DNA of 20,000 bases from positions 239,764-259,763 of the forward strand of contig JBEUKZ010000077.1 of assembly GCA_048128005.1 (NCBI GenBank), written 5' to 3'. The stretch's first letter is position 1. Each line of letters opens with the position of its first letter. Under the pieces are notes generated by a model. The model did not search any database, was not told where the DNA came from, and worked only from the letters and a program-made list of their open reading frames with translations. Source of the stretch: Veleropilina oligotropha. Lineage: Eukaryota. Positions 1-11,507 of this stretch are shown here, piece after piece. Position numbers and translations under genes: made by a program.

Positions 1-352
1 AGAATTTCGAGCTTGTAATTAGGGGCAGATTTATCGGACTAGTCTATGCCAACAGCACTATCTAGTTTAATAGCTGTTTTTCTAATTTTGATATGATGTT
101 ATAATTATTGGATCACAAAACGATGCAATCAGATTTTCGTCAATAATTTAAATATTTTGTGATGTGTGATTCGATAAGGATGATTTGACAGCATATACAT
201 TTTTGATTTAGTTACCTTATAAGTTTGCATACAAGCTTCCCCGCTTCCCATCCCAATAATAATAGAAAATGCCCCATTTGTGCCAGAGCTTTTGTAAAGA
301 TCAACTGGTCGTATATATACATATACATATATATGGTTTATAAGTTACTTTA

Positions 353-679
<327 letters not shown>

Positions 680-869
680 ATGAAGTCACAACACTGTTTC
701 ATAAGGTGGCACGGTTTATAATGAAGAATAAAGTTTGGTCGAGATCTGACAACCAGCCGAACGCATGTACACCCACCCGATCAGTCAGTTGTGGAGGTGA
801 AAAGGGAAAGAATGGATGCTTAATGTCCTGTATATTTCCAACCATTAAGTTCAAACAGGAATGTCCATA

Positions 870-1020
870 TTATCGCGGGAGGAAAGCCTGGTTGCCTGGG
901 GAAATCCGCCCTCTACGACTAGTTACGGTCAACTGTGATTCATAACTTGAACAAATAATGACACGTCTCAACCGAGATTCGAACTGACGACCGATCATGT
1001 CAGTGATTTTTTGGAGTCTG
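870..1020 (-). mobile_element. Probable degenerate tRNA-derived SINE (B box plus V-domain-like core)
   Basis: The minus strand reads GGTCGTCAGTTCGAATCTCGG (Pol III B box GTTCGAATC, + strand 976-984). About 65 nt downstream it reads GCGGATTTCCCCAGGCAACCAGGCTTTCCTCCCGC (+ strand 875-909), which resembles the V-SINE core GGTTTTCTCCGGGTACTCCGGTTTCCTCCCAC. No clear A box; boundaries are approximate. Confidence 0.4.
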
Positions 1021-1522
1021 CAACCGAAATCAAATAAAGAGCTTGCTTAATTTCATCTTCTGGTTGCTTAATAATTACATTGTATCATATGGGAAAGCCT
1101 CAAGAATCCATCTCTGGTTATTTATCATTATGAAGTTTTAGATACTAGTACACTTCTTAGCAGTTTCAGCAGACCTACAATCAGACTCCAACATATTGTC
1201 CGTTGACACTGCCATACCAGTACAAGACTATATTCCTCGCTGTTCATTTTATGATTTAATTCACATCTACACCCACACTCTGTGATAGAAATTAAGATTT
1301 TGCTCACGTCTGACATACCATATATGCTGTGCGGTACATGCATATAGCTTGTACTATCAATATTATAGTATGGGCTGAGGACTAATTTAACAAAATAAAA
1401 TAGCAATCATTTCAAGACTGTTTATATAGCTGTATTTCCATGTTTCTCAGATCGCACCAAAAATTTAAAATATGAACGTGATATGAAATTTTGGTCTCTT
1501 TCATGATTCTATCATGGATGAT

Positions 1523-1604
1523 GTAGTAGTAGTAGTAGTAAACTTTATTTTAAGAGGGAGAAACAGTTAGTTTTACAAAACCAATCTTCCCTGAGTCCCT
1601 CTCT
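1523..1604 (-). terminator. LINE 3' end: stem-loop, AATAAA and (TAC)6 microsatellite tail
   Basis: On the + strand: (GTA)6 at 1523-1540 and TTTATT at 1544-1549. AGAGGGA (1553-1559) pairs with TCCCTCT (1596-1602) and encloses an inner hairpin at 1567-1584. A short-repeat tail plus 3' stem-loop is characteristic of CR1/L2 elements. Confidence 0.8.
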
Positions 1605-1760
1605 ACAATCACTAATGTATACTAAATGCAAAATAAAACTAACTAAATATATACATATATACACACAAAACAGTATAAATATCAGTACCAGTATTATAAG
1701 TTCAACATAACAGAAATGCATACAGGTCTAGCATATTAGAATATCACTATTATATAGAAC

Positions 1761-4700
1761 TCAATGCTGATTCTCGAGATAGCATATCATTTTACGCTTA
1801 AAGTCATCAGTTGATGAAGCATGCTTAACAGTTTGAGGCAGTTTGTTCCAGAGCTGTGACCCAGTGTAGTTAAAAGTCCGTTTTAAAGATTCAGTTCTAG
1901 GTTTTGGTAAGTATAAATTGTTATTTGTTACTGATCTTAGGTCTCTGTTATAAATTTGATCATTATAATTAAATTCTGAAGGTATAATGGTGTAAGATCA
2001 TTGAAGCATTTGTACATCAAGATTCCTTTACTGAGCTGAAGTATGTCATTGAAATTTAACCAGCCCAATGTTTTGAATAGTTGCTTACTTGGTGCATCAT
2101 AATCAGCATCCAAAATTATCCTGGCAGCCTGTTTTTGAAGCCTTTCTACACGATTTATATTTGCTCTGGAACAATTACCCCAAACTGTAAAGCAATAATC
2201 CATCACAGTTTGAATATAACAGTTATAAAATAACTTTCTTAAATGGAGTGAAAGATACCTTTTTATCCTTCTTAATAGATATAGTCGTGATGATATCAAA
2301 GAGCATATATAATCAATTTGACAAGTCCAATTTAAATTTTCATCAATGAAAACACCGAGAAGTTTTTCTGATTTTGAGTTTTCAATTGTACTATCTTTAA
2401 ACACAATATTAATATCCGAAAGAGTATTAAGTCTTTGTCTGGTGCCTATTATCATTGCTTTAGTTTTTGCCATATTTATAAGCATACCGTTGTTATAGCA
2501 CCATTTGTCAATATTTTTAATATCTTCCGTTAGATTTGCAATAATTTTATCAGGACATCTATCAGAGGAGTGAATTGTAGTGTCATCTGCATATAAATCA
2601 GTACTGCATGATTTGATGCTCAAAGGCAAGTCATTGATAAAAACAAGAAATAATAATGGTCCCAAGATGGAACCTTGTGGGACACCATATTCTACGTTTG
2701 TTGAGAGAGATTGGGAATTACCAATGCATACTGTTTGACTTCGGTTGTCAAGATAAGATTTCATCCATTTTATGGACGAGGCACTGACTTTATAGCAAGA
2801 TAGTTTATCAATAAGAAGATTATGATCAACCAGATCAAAAGCTTTTTGTAAGTCAACTAATATGGTTCCAATGACATTTCCTTTATCCATTTCTGACAGC
2901 CATTGATCAGTTAATTTTATAAGTGCTGTTTGACATGAGTGTTTTTGTCGAAATCCAGATTGAGCATGATGAAGGAGATCATTTGTATTTAAGTGTGTTT
3001 GAAGTTGATTTCCAACATGTCTTTCTAACAATTTTGAAATAGTTGGCAAAATGGATATTGGGCGATAATTTTCAATTTTTGTCTTGTTTCCTTTCTTATG
3101 AATTGGTACCATTTTTGCATCTTTTAATTTCTTTGGAAACTTGCTTTTAGTAATGCTTAAATTAAAAATGTATGTAAGGGACAGTGAAACAATGGGAGCA
3201 CACATTTTAAGTATGTTAGGTCCAACACCATCTAATCCTGTTGATTTGTTAACATTAAGGGATTGTAGAGATGCATGTACTTGTGCACACGTAATGTATT
3301 TTATTTGGAATTGTTCAATATTTGCAATTTTTGATTCCAGGTAGTTTTTAAGATCTGAAAGGTCCGAGGAACATCCAGTGTTGGCCTTCAATGTGTGAGC
3401 GATATCTTTAAAATATGTACTGAATGTAGATGCAATATCGTCAAGGTTGCTGCTTATATGTCCATCAATATCAATAGATGATGGATGAGTGATTTTACCA
3501 TTTTTCACTCTTGATATGTCATTAAATACCTTCCACGTTTTTTACATTTTGTGCATCTGCAACCGATGCTTCTACTAATTTTTTCTTGGACATTTCTATG
3601 CGTTTCTTTACTTGATTTCTCCAAATTTTGTAATTGGAGTGACCATGTTTTCGTTTTTACTTATCTCTTAACCTACATGCCTCTTTGATATCATCATTAT
3701 ACCATTCCGGCTTTCTTGAGTGTTTAACACGGATACATTTCACCGGAGCATGTTTGTTTAGGACAGATAATAATATATTGTACCACAAATCTAAACAATA
3801 ATCAGGATCATCGTAATATTCAACTTCATGAAAGGGTGCAGACATCAGGTCATTTAAAAATTCGGATTCGTTAAACTTTTTAAAATTTATATAAGTGATT
3901 TCAAAATGTTGATTTTTCTTTTCAGTCTGAAAATTATATTTTGTTATGGAAGTCGGATAATGATCACTTATACCATAGATTGGAACTCTGACATCAATGA
4001 TATGTTCAGGATGTGTTGTGTAAATGTGATCTATGGTAGAAGTAGTAGAATCTGTAACTCGAGTTGGACATTTTATCATTTGATGTAAATTATGTGATTG
4101 GATAAGATCCTTCCATTTGCATGGGATAGAGAGTGAATCACCATAGTTTATATTGAAATCACCAAGAATCAAAAACTTCTTTCTCTTCAGACAATGTTTT
4201 TGAAATCTGGATTTCAAAGTTATCAATCCAGCTGTTGGTTGCCCTTGGCGGTCGATAACAGAAACACAAAAGGAAAGGTTTACATTTAAATGTGGCAATT
4301 TCTATCCAAACAGTCTCAGTTTCAAAATCTTCTAAATCACTTCGTCTCAGATACTGAATAGTGTCAAGGAGATAAACAATGAGACCACCTCCTAATTTAC
4401 CAACTCTGTCCTTTCTGATCATATTATAATTTTCAATTATTACTTGATTATCTGACACCTTTTCATTCAGGAAAGTTTCTGAAAAACCTATAATACTTGG
4501 TTTATTAGAGGAATTAGTAATTTGGAATTCTAATTCGTCAAACTTAGGCAGTAAATGACATACATTTAAGTGTGTAATATTAAGACCTTTTTTATCACAG
4601 TCAAATGGTGAGAAGCAGTTTTGAGTTTCATCTGTGATGCACATATTCATATACAATAAATCCTGAAGGCATATGCAAACACAAATCAAAAGAATAAATA

Positions 4701-4905
4701 AATTACATGTACATAAAAAGTCATAGTTTGAATTAGCTTGTAATAATTGGGACTCAGGGATATATAATGTGCTTGATACATCACTTTTTACTTTGACAGC
4801 TTTGTTTGATATTGACATAAAATGTTTGAGTGAAGAAAATTCAACATCATTGTCTCCACATACACAAGACTCTGTATTGCATTCAGTGCATAAAGATTGC
4901 AACAA
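1761..4905 (-). pseudogene. LINE ORF2: apurinic-like endonuclease + reverse transcriptase, disrupted
   Basis: APE motifs HLNV, GFSETFL, GGGL, CYRPP, LGDFNIN, PTRV..STIDHIY and SDH. RT motifs YRPISILP, QSGFR, DLQKAFD, GVPQGSILGPLLF and YADD. The C-terminus LWNKLP..FK..ENQH* (stop at 1761-1763) lies in another frame. Breaks occur near 4200, 3657, 3540 and 1960. Confidence 0.95.
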
Positions 4906-4959
4906 TTCAAAGTTATTGTTTAATTGTATCTTGTCGGCTTCGTCTGCTTTGCCAAGCTG

Positions 4960-5145
4960 TTATTGAATACTTTGACCACAGATCCGTGATTTGTGACCAT
5001 ACAAACCACAAGTCCAACATTGAACAGCAGCACCATGAAAACACACTTTCGACGAGTGTCCTGCTTCACCACAAAAGAAGCAGCATTGTTCTTGACAAGA
5101 TGTCGAATTGTTGCCAGAACTTCGAGACCATTTCAAAATAGGGCA
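4960..5145 (-). pseudogene. LINE ORF1 C-terminal fragment with two CCHC zinc knuckles
   Basis: Manual translation: CPILKWSRSSGNNSTSCQEQC-CFFCGEAGHSSKVC-FHGAAVQ-CWTCGLYGHKSRIC-GQSIQ*, containing two CX2CX4HX4C motifs (5082-5041 and 5019-4978). It is in frame with ...QLLRNIDSL at 10145 once the LTR element and one TSD copy are removed. Not in the ORF track. Confidence 0.92.
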
Positions 5146-5149
5146 CAGG

Positions 5150-6055
5150 TGTTACAATATGATGTCTAATTACTTAACGAGTTAACTTTAAGAATGGTAA
5201 ATTAGTATTGATATAAATGTAGAAAAGTACTTGATGATTCATTGCACTAAGAGCCCATGCCATACAATGATTGACTGTGACCTGATGATCTAATGTAATC
5301 TTGGTAATATTATCAATAACAATTAGCAGAAGTTAACGAGAATTGACGTCACATGAGGATGGCATGGGTGGACATGTTTGACATGTTTATATAATTGAAA
5401 TAGATTAATGATGCTTACTATGAGTCATTTTGCACGCGTTACTGTTGCCACGTTGGAAGTGCCACGTTGGACAAATTATGATGTAATTCCAAAGCGCGCA
5501 AGCCGATTGGTTAAGAAGAGGGTGTGACCCTTTTGAGAATATCTGGTTTGGGTCCAGAGCGCGCTCGAGGAATTCAGTCCCAAACTAGCTCCAAGCTAGG
5601 AAGCACGCCCGGGCGGGGCTCATTTTGAGTAGTTAGTAAATGTATGTATACGATGTAATGTACCATGTTGAGGACATATATAAATGAATTGTCCTGAAAC
5701 TACAAATGCCTTGTAATGCAGTAGTGAGAAGTCAAGCCAACGACTCCAGCGGATAGCGTCTTGTCACGGGGATGTTATCGCATACCATCGCATTCCAGCA
5801 TGGATAACACAACGGTCCATTATAAATGTTGGAATGACCAGAGTCGGCTCAGTAGAGACAGTAGCAGATATTAGAGGAACCTAGACGACACGTATAATGA
5901 AGATCATTAACCTCCCATCGTTGTTCTCGGAACATATGGCAAACAATTGCAGACTACAGAACTATCTATCCCATTAACACTGTGATGCGGTGTCGGGCGT
6001 TCCGCCAGTTCTTGAAATCCGAACTTGGTAACATCATCTGCCCCGCAGTGTCACA
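5150..6055 (+). repeat. 5' LTR (906 bp)
   Basis: TG...CA ends. Matches 8790-8942 + 9397-10144 with one 5-bp indel (AACGA) and about 11 substitutions counted by eye. Confidence 0.96.
5344..5684 (+). promoter_or_regulatory. Putative U3 Pol II promoter of the LTR
   Basis: In order: CRE TGACGTCA (5344-5351), duplicated TGCCACGTTGGA (5446-5457, 5460-5471), inverted CCAAT (5506-5510), GC box GGGCGGGG (5611-5618) and TATATAAA (5677-5684). Motif match only. Confidence 0.55.
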
Positions 6056-6065
6056 GTGGTTAATT

Positions 6066-6083
6066 TGGTGAGCGTGACCAGGA
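6066..6083 (+). other. Putative primer-binding site (tRNA-Arg-like)
   Basis: TGGTGAGCGTGACCAGGA lies 10 nt after the 5' LTR. It starts with TGG (complement of CCA) and resembles the complement of a tRNA-Arg 3' end as I recall it (TGGCGACCGTGACAGGA). tRNA identity not verified. Confidence 0.6.
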
Positions 6084-8773
6084 TGACCCAAGCTGTTAAT
6101 TTGGCGATGTGATCTGGCTGACCTACGAATATCAACAAACCGCAGAGGAAAAATCGTGGTGGCTGTTGCAGACCGGCATACCAAAAGACAGAGTGCAATT
6201 GAGATGGCGTATCGAAATGGAGCTGTTATCAACAATAACATAGGGTGAGTGTGTCATATAATAAGTCTGCATTTTGTAAATTACACCTGATTATAAATTT
6301 AATGTAATAGAAATGGCCGAAAGTAAGGTTTCATATAGTAAAGGTAATAATATGGAAGTGAACGCTTTTGAGAAACCAATCGCGTAAAAGGAATTAAGAT
6401 AATAGTCGATAAATAAGAAGATGGTTGTATTGTACATAAATATTGTGTTTGCATGCTTTGAATTATATTATTTATATTGGAACTGGAATAGGGATAAGAT
6501 AGTTACCATTATTGAAGAGCTACACTGTATTTATAGCAGAAATATGTATTGTTTCCATTGTATAATGGATTTATTGTATGCCATGTAAAGCACTATTGAG
6601 AGTCATAGTGTGGTATAAAACGAGTGAGTATCAGTTTCTACAAATGCTGCGAGAAATTGTGTCAATTTATTCATTGACTGTTTTAATGTATGTCGCATGA
6701 TAAATGCTTGAGATATGCATTACTGTAACTGCCAGAGACTAGATTGATTACAAAATTTTGGCTCCTGCAGCAAGGGATCAGCGCAGTTGACCTTTGTGTA
6801 AACAAACTCGCAGAGTAGAGTATTTTATAACTGGGAAAATAAATTTTGCAGATTAATTGAGTCAGAAACAGAAATAGCGAAGCAGAAGAGAATAAATATT
6901 ACAGGAAAAGTAATAAATGTTAGAATTGTTTGATTTCATTTGACAAGTGTTGAGAATTAAAAGACGTGACCAAAAGCATTGTTATGTGAGGACGCACATG
7001 TAATAAGAAACGTACATGTTAGGTGTCGACGTTATGTCGGGGGCTGTTTAAGCTTTTAAAGGGAGAATTAAATCCTTTGCACCATAATACAGTTCGAAAC
7101 CGGTTTAGGGCAAACTGATAAGGTTGATTGGACCTCGTGAATGCCAATCGGAGGGAGAGGTGAAATAATGTAAATGAAATCAAATAATAAAACAGTCATT
7201 GGGTGTACAGACATTAACGCAACTAATAGAGAGAGGGTGGAGTGATTCCCCTGAATAGTAAAAGTGCACTGTGGGTCGTGGTGACAGTGGGGTGACAGAC
7301 ATAAAGGGTGATATCTACTGATGAGATAGAGAGAGAGTGTTAGGTCTGTCTAACATGAGTTGGTAACTTTTGATTAATTTATTAGCGCTTGAACTAAGGG
7401 GTCAACCGGGGCTTCGCGGCGTGTTCTTCGACTTGGAACACGCTTCCTGGTTGTTGGATCAAATTGATTTTTGGTCTCGCTTAATGACTTTTATGTTCAC
7501 ATGTTGGATAGTCTAACGAATGCATTCTTCAGTAAGAGTTAGTAACACGTGGATGATTGGTCGTAACACGCCACTGATAACTGACCCATGAAAGAGGTGA
7601 TTGAGAAAATGTGGATAAGAAGTCCACCAAATAAATACAAGGAGCGCTAAAGAGGGTCAATTAATAAATGGTGACCAATAGGCGGAGCGATGAATAAATT
7701 TGCAATAGGTAGTGTCTTGTATTTTAGAGAATTTCGTAAGATCTGTTAGCTGAGTTTATTGGTACTAATAAGTGACTAACATGAACCGAATGCCTATGAG
7801 TATGCATTATTTCCGAATTGAAAGGCATACAGCGATTGGGTTCTATATAGGCGTTCACGATCCTGTTTATGATTGTCATAATTGGATGTATAATGTATAA
7901 ATGTACGGTTCATTGTGAGAGGAAATATTCGTTGGCCATAAACTTAGTAGAAAGGAGAACAGGTGTAATGCAGACAAGACACACAAAACCAATTAATTAA
8001 ATCAATGATGTGCAATGTGTCGTCATCGGGAGATAATAGCCGATAATGCCTAACATACTCAATGGTGACTAGCAGTTCTAGTAAACAAGTTAAATGTTTT
8101 CTGGCCGAGAGGGCTGGACACTTGAATATATTGAGAAGCTGAGGATATGGAAACCCAGCATAAATAAATGAAGAGTAAGACGTGTAATTAGTTACTGAAG
8201 ATCAATGTAACTTGTCAAAATGATGTACACCCATGTTGATAATGATTGTATAAAGTGGCATAGTATTGCCTAACTGTAAATCGTGTTGGTGTTAATTGGG
8301 AGCACCACTTTAGTTAAAGTGTGAACATAAGTTAGAGGACAGATATTGCTGCTTTGATCTTTCTTCCAGATCATCCATTGTGTCACGATTAAATCAATGA
8401 ATATGCGTGCGACGACTAAGAACCTACGACATGTTTAATTGGTGCGACGACTGGGGATTGGACATATTTACGAACTGTGTGTCTGGATCGTCGACCGATC
8501 GCACGTGATTAGGACTGAATGGATGTGCCTTGCGAAAAATGAACAATGTGCGCGATCAAGTTTATGTAGTGACCCATGTGATGAATACATGGGGTTAAAG
8601 AGACTCTTAGTAAATTTATTGATGATCTTAATTGTTTTGAAATACATTTGATTATTGAGTTATATTGTGCATGCTTTATTTTATTGTGCATGTTTTATTA
8701 TTGTTGAACTATGTTTTGATTACCGATCATATTGAATGACTATATGAGAATCTTAATTTGATTAATATTCTTC

Positions 8774-8789
8774 GAAGTATGGGAGGTAC
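8774..8789 (+). other. Polypurine tract
   Basis: GAAGTATGGGAGGTAC immediately precedes the TGTTACA of the 3' LTR. Confidence 0.6.
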
Positions 8790-8977
8790 TGTTACAATAT
8801 GATGTCTAATTACTTGTTAACTTTAAGAATGGTAAATTAGTATTGATATAAATGTAGAAAAGTACTTGATGATTAATTGCACTAAGAGCCCATGCCATAC
8901 AATGATTGACTGTGACCTGATGATCTAATGCAATCTTGGTAATCTTAATATAATGGAGCTATAATTGTATGTGTGTG

Positions 8978-9012
<35 letters not shown>

Positions 9013-10144
9013 TTCAAGTTGTACTCCTCCCAGACGCTTTGACCTAGGACCTTCAAACTTTGGGGGGTTAATCGGGGTCCCCCAAGGAAGGTTTACCACG
9101 AAACAAATTCGGAAAATTCGGGAAAAAAAAAAAATATTACTATATATCTTCATATAATGCAGCTATCATTGTATGTGTGTCTGTCTGTTTCAAGTTGAAC
9201 TCCTCCCAGACGCTTTGACCTAGGACCTTCAAACTTTGGGGGGTTAATCGGGGTCCCCCAAGGAAGGTTTACCACGAAAAAAATTCGGAAAATTCGGGAA
9301 AAAAAAAAAATATTTAAGGGAGCACTATCCAAAAAAAAAAAAAAAAAAAATTGGGGTGGGGGGACTTACCCGGCGAAGACGGGTACCAAAAGCTAGTATT
9401 ATCAATAACAATTAGCAGAAGTTAACGAGAATTGACGTCACATGAGGATGGCATGGGTGGACATGTTTGACCTGTTTATATAATTGAAATAGATTAATGA
9501 TGCTTACTATGAGTCATTTTGCACACGTTACTGTTGCCATGTTGGAAGTGCCACGTTGGACAAATTATGATGTAATTCCAAAGCGCGCAAGCCGATTGGT
9601 TAAGAAGAGGGTGTGACCCTTTTGAGAATATCTGGTTTGGGTCCAGAGCGCGCTCGAGGAATTCAGTCCCAAACTAGCTCCAAGCTAGGAAGCACGCCTG
9701 GGCGGGGCTCATTTTGAGTAGTTAGTAAATGTATGTATACGATGTAATGTACCATGTTGAGGACATATATAAATGAATTGTCCTGAAACTACAAATGCCT
9801 TGTAATGCAGTAGTGAGAAGTCAAGCCAACGACTCCAGCGGACAGCGTCTTGTCACGGGGATGTTATCGCATACCATCGCATTCCAGCATGGATAACACA
9901 ACGGTCCATTATAAATGTTGGAATGACCAGAGTCGGCTCAGTAGAGACAGTAGCAGATATTAGAGGAACCTAGACGACACGTATAATGAAGATCATTAAC
10001 CTCCCATCGTTGTTCTCCGAACATATGGCAAACAATTGCAGACTACAGAACTATCTATCCCATTAACACTGTGACGCGGTGTCAGGCGTTCCGCCAGTTC
10101 TTGAAGTCCGAACTTGGTAACATCATCTGCCCCGCAGTGTCACA
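8790..10144 (+). repeat. 3' LTR (901 bp plus 454-bp Helitron insertion)
   Basis: Direct repeat of 5150-6055, interrupted at 8943-9396. Confidence 0.96.
8943..9396 (+). mobile_element. Non-autonomous Helitron, dimeric, with (GTCT)n microsatellite
   Basis: Begins TC and ends CTAG (9393-9396). Subterminal hairpin TACCCG-gcgaaga-CGGGTA at 9367-9385. Inserted between A and T with no TSD; the empty site TTGGTAA^TATTATC is visible in the 5' LTR. Two ~190-bp related units start at 8943 and 9147. Confidence 0.92.
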
Positions 10145-11503
10145 CAGGCTGTCGATGTTCCTGAGCAGTTGGGAGGTGCCTTTCCTATTCAAGTGGATGC
10201 CATCGCGATTGAACATCTCATGGTTATCACATGATCCATAGTTCTCCACATAAATTAGGCCATAACAGAGGCACATGTCCTTCAAAGCTGCATTAAGTTG
10301 CTTGACGTCAACATCACATCGCGGAGTTAGGCCCGAGATGATCACCTTGATGTCCGTGTCATGGGAGTATATCACGTTTAGAATACTCTGGTACTCTTAC
10401 ATGATGTCGGCGATGGGTATACCTTGGCTGGCATCGTTGCTGCCTGCATGTATGATGATCGTGCTGTAGTCATTAATCGGCATATTGAGGAGCACTTCTC
10501 TAATTCTAGGAATTGTTGCCCCTCTGTTGGTGCACACATCCATATTTTTCAGCAGGCCTCGTTTGTTAACATACTTCAATATGGATGTGCCAATGAGCAG
10601 TGTCCTCTCATACATCGTCTTTTCTATACTCATGTTGAACTCTTTGATGTCATGATAACTGTCAGAGGTTTCTGTCCATTCTTTGGCGACAGGTACAGCA
10701 GATGCATTTTCACACTTAGTGGTGGGCAGATTTGTCGGCACTTCAGTATAATGATTTCTCTTATTGGTTTTTGTGCTGTGTGGTTTGTTTTTAGCAACCA
10801 ATTTAGCATTAAGGAAAGATATGACAGTTAATAGTTCCTCACACTGTTTGTTTGCTACTTGCAGATTTTCCAATAAAGACTTGCTATCCTGTGCCATTTG
10901 CTTCAATTTTGCTCTGTCCATTGCCAGCTTTTTGTTCATTTCAGTAAATTGCTGATTGAGTCGAACATTTTCGGATTTTAGATTTTCATTCTCCGTATTA
11001 GGTTGATTTGATAGTGATTTATTCTTTATAAATGATTGCAATTTGGACTTGGCTCGTTTGATTGATTTGTTGTTATTGTCCAACTGTGTCTTGAATTGTT
11101 CATTCTCTTGTTCCAGCTGGTTGATTTTGGATTGCACTGGGCTGGGTGTGAGGCACATGCCACTGCAATCAGCTTCAAGCAGATTCATGCTTGACTGATC
11201 TGTGTTGATTGAGTGGTCTTCAAACAAAGACAATTTCTTCAGCTCAGTCTGGCTGTGTACACAAGTGACTGCAGGAGTAGATGTCATATATGAGGGGTCA
11301 AAAGCTGCTCTGTGAATAGATTTGTGGTCAGCAATTACACCTTTGAGTTCATTCTCCCACCATAAATTACGCCCCCTTCCTTGGATGTGAATCTTCTTTA
11401 CCTTATTGTAGAAAGTCACCACAACATTTTGACAATTGTAACTTGTCTTGATTATGTGACCATTAATTCCTTTAAAATCGAAGCAAATATTGTTCAACTT
11501 GTA
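10145..11503 (-). pseudogene. LINE ORF1 central fragment: coiled coil + SGNH/GDSL-like esterase domain
   Basis: A heptad-rich segment (KINQLEQENEQFKTQL...LQVANKQCEELLTVISFLNAKL) is followed by SGNH blocks LLIGTSILK, RGATI, IIHAGSNDA and RDGIHLN..G. Track ORFs 10397..11551 and 10082..10375 are the same frame, separated by one TAA at 10397-10399. Confidence 0.9.
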
Positions 11504-11507
11504 GTAG

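Larger units (their letters stand above)
5150..10144 (+). mobile_element. Non-autonomous (non-coding) LTR retrotransposon, Ty3/Gypsy-like termini, 4995 bp
   Basis: Two ~0.9-kb direct repeats, each TGTTACA...TGTCACA. 4-bp TSD CAGG at 5146-5149 and 10145-10148. PBS-like motif after the 5' LTR and a purine-rich tract before the 3' LTR. The 2.7-kb interior has no long ORF. Confidence 0.93.

Noticed and set aside
262..312. KCPICARAF, resembling the first half of a C2H2 zinc finger
   Set aside because: No His pair follows, it runs into the TA repeat, and there is no supporting exon structure.
5281..5310. CTGATGA as a possible hammerhead core in the LTR (retrozyme hypothesis); also CTGATGAG at ~7318 and CTGACGA at ~984 and ~15234 (-)
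   Set aside because: None is followed by a stem II, GAAA and closing stems, so no ribozyme fold could be built by eye.
5966..6241. 91-aa minus-strand ORF sharing CDTAGQMMLPSSDFKNWRNA with ORF 10082..10375
   Set aside because: The shared peptide is only the antisense translation of the LTR end in both copies.
8959..9332. Duplicated short ORFs (NLPWGTPINPPKFEGPRSKRLGG)
   Set aside because: Antisense translations of the two non-coding Helitron units.
10424..10955. Plus-strand ORFs overlapping ORF1, and similar ones over ORF2 and the transposase (3141, 3906, 4830, 19495, 19560)
   Set aside because: Antisense shadows of genuine minus-strand coding sequence with no recognisable motifs.
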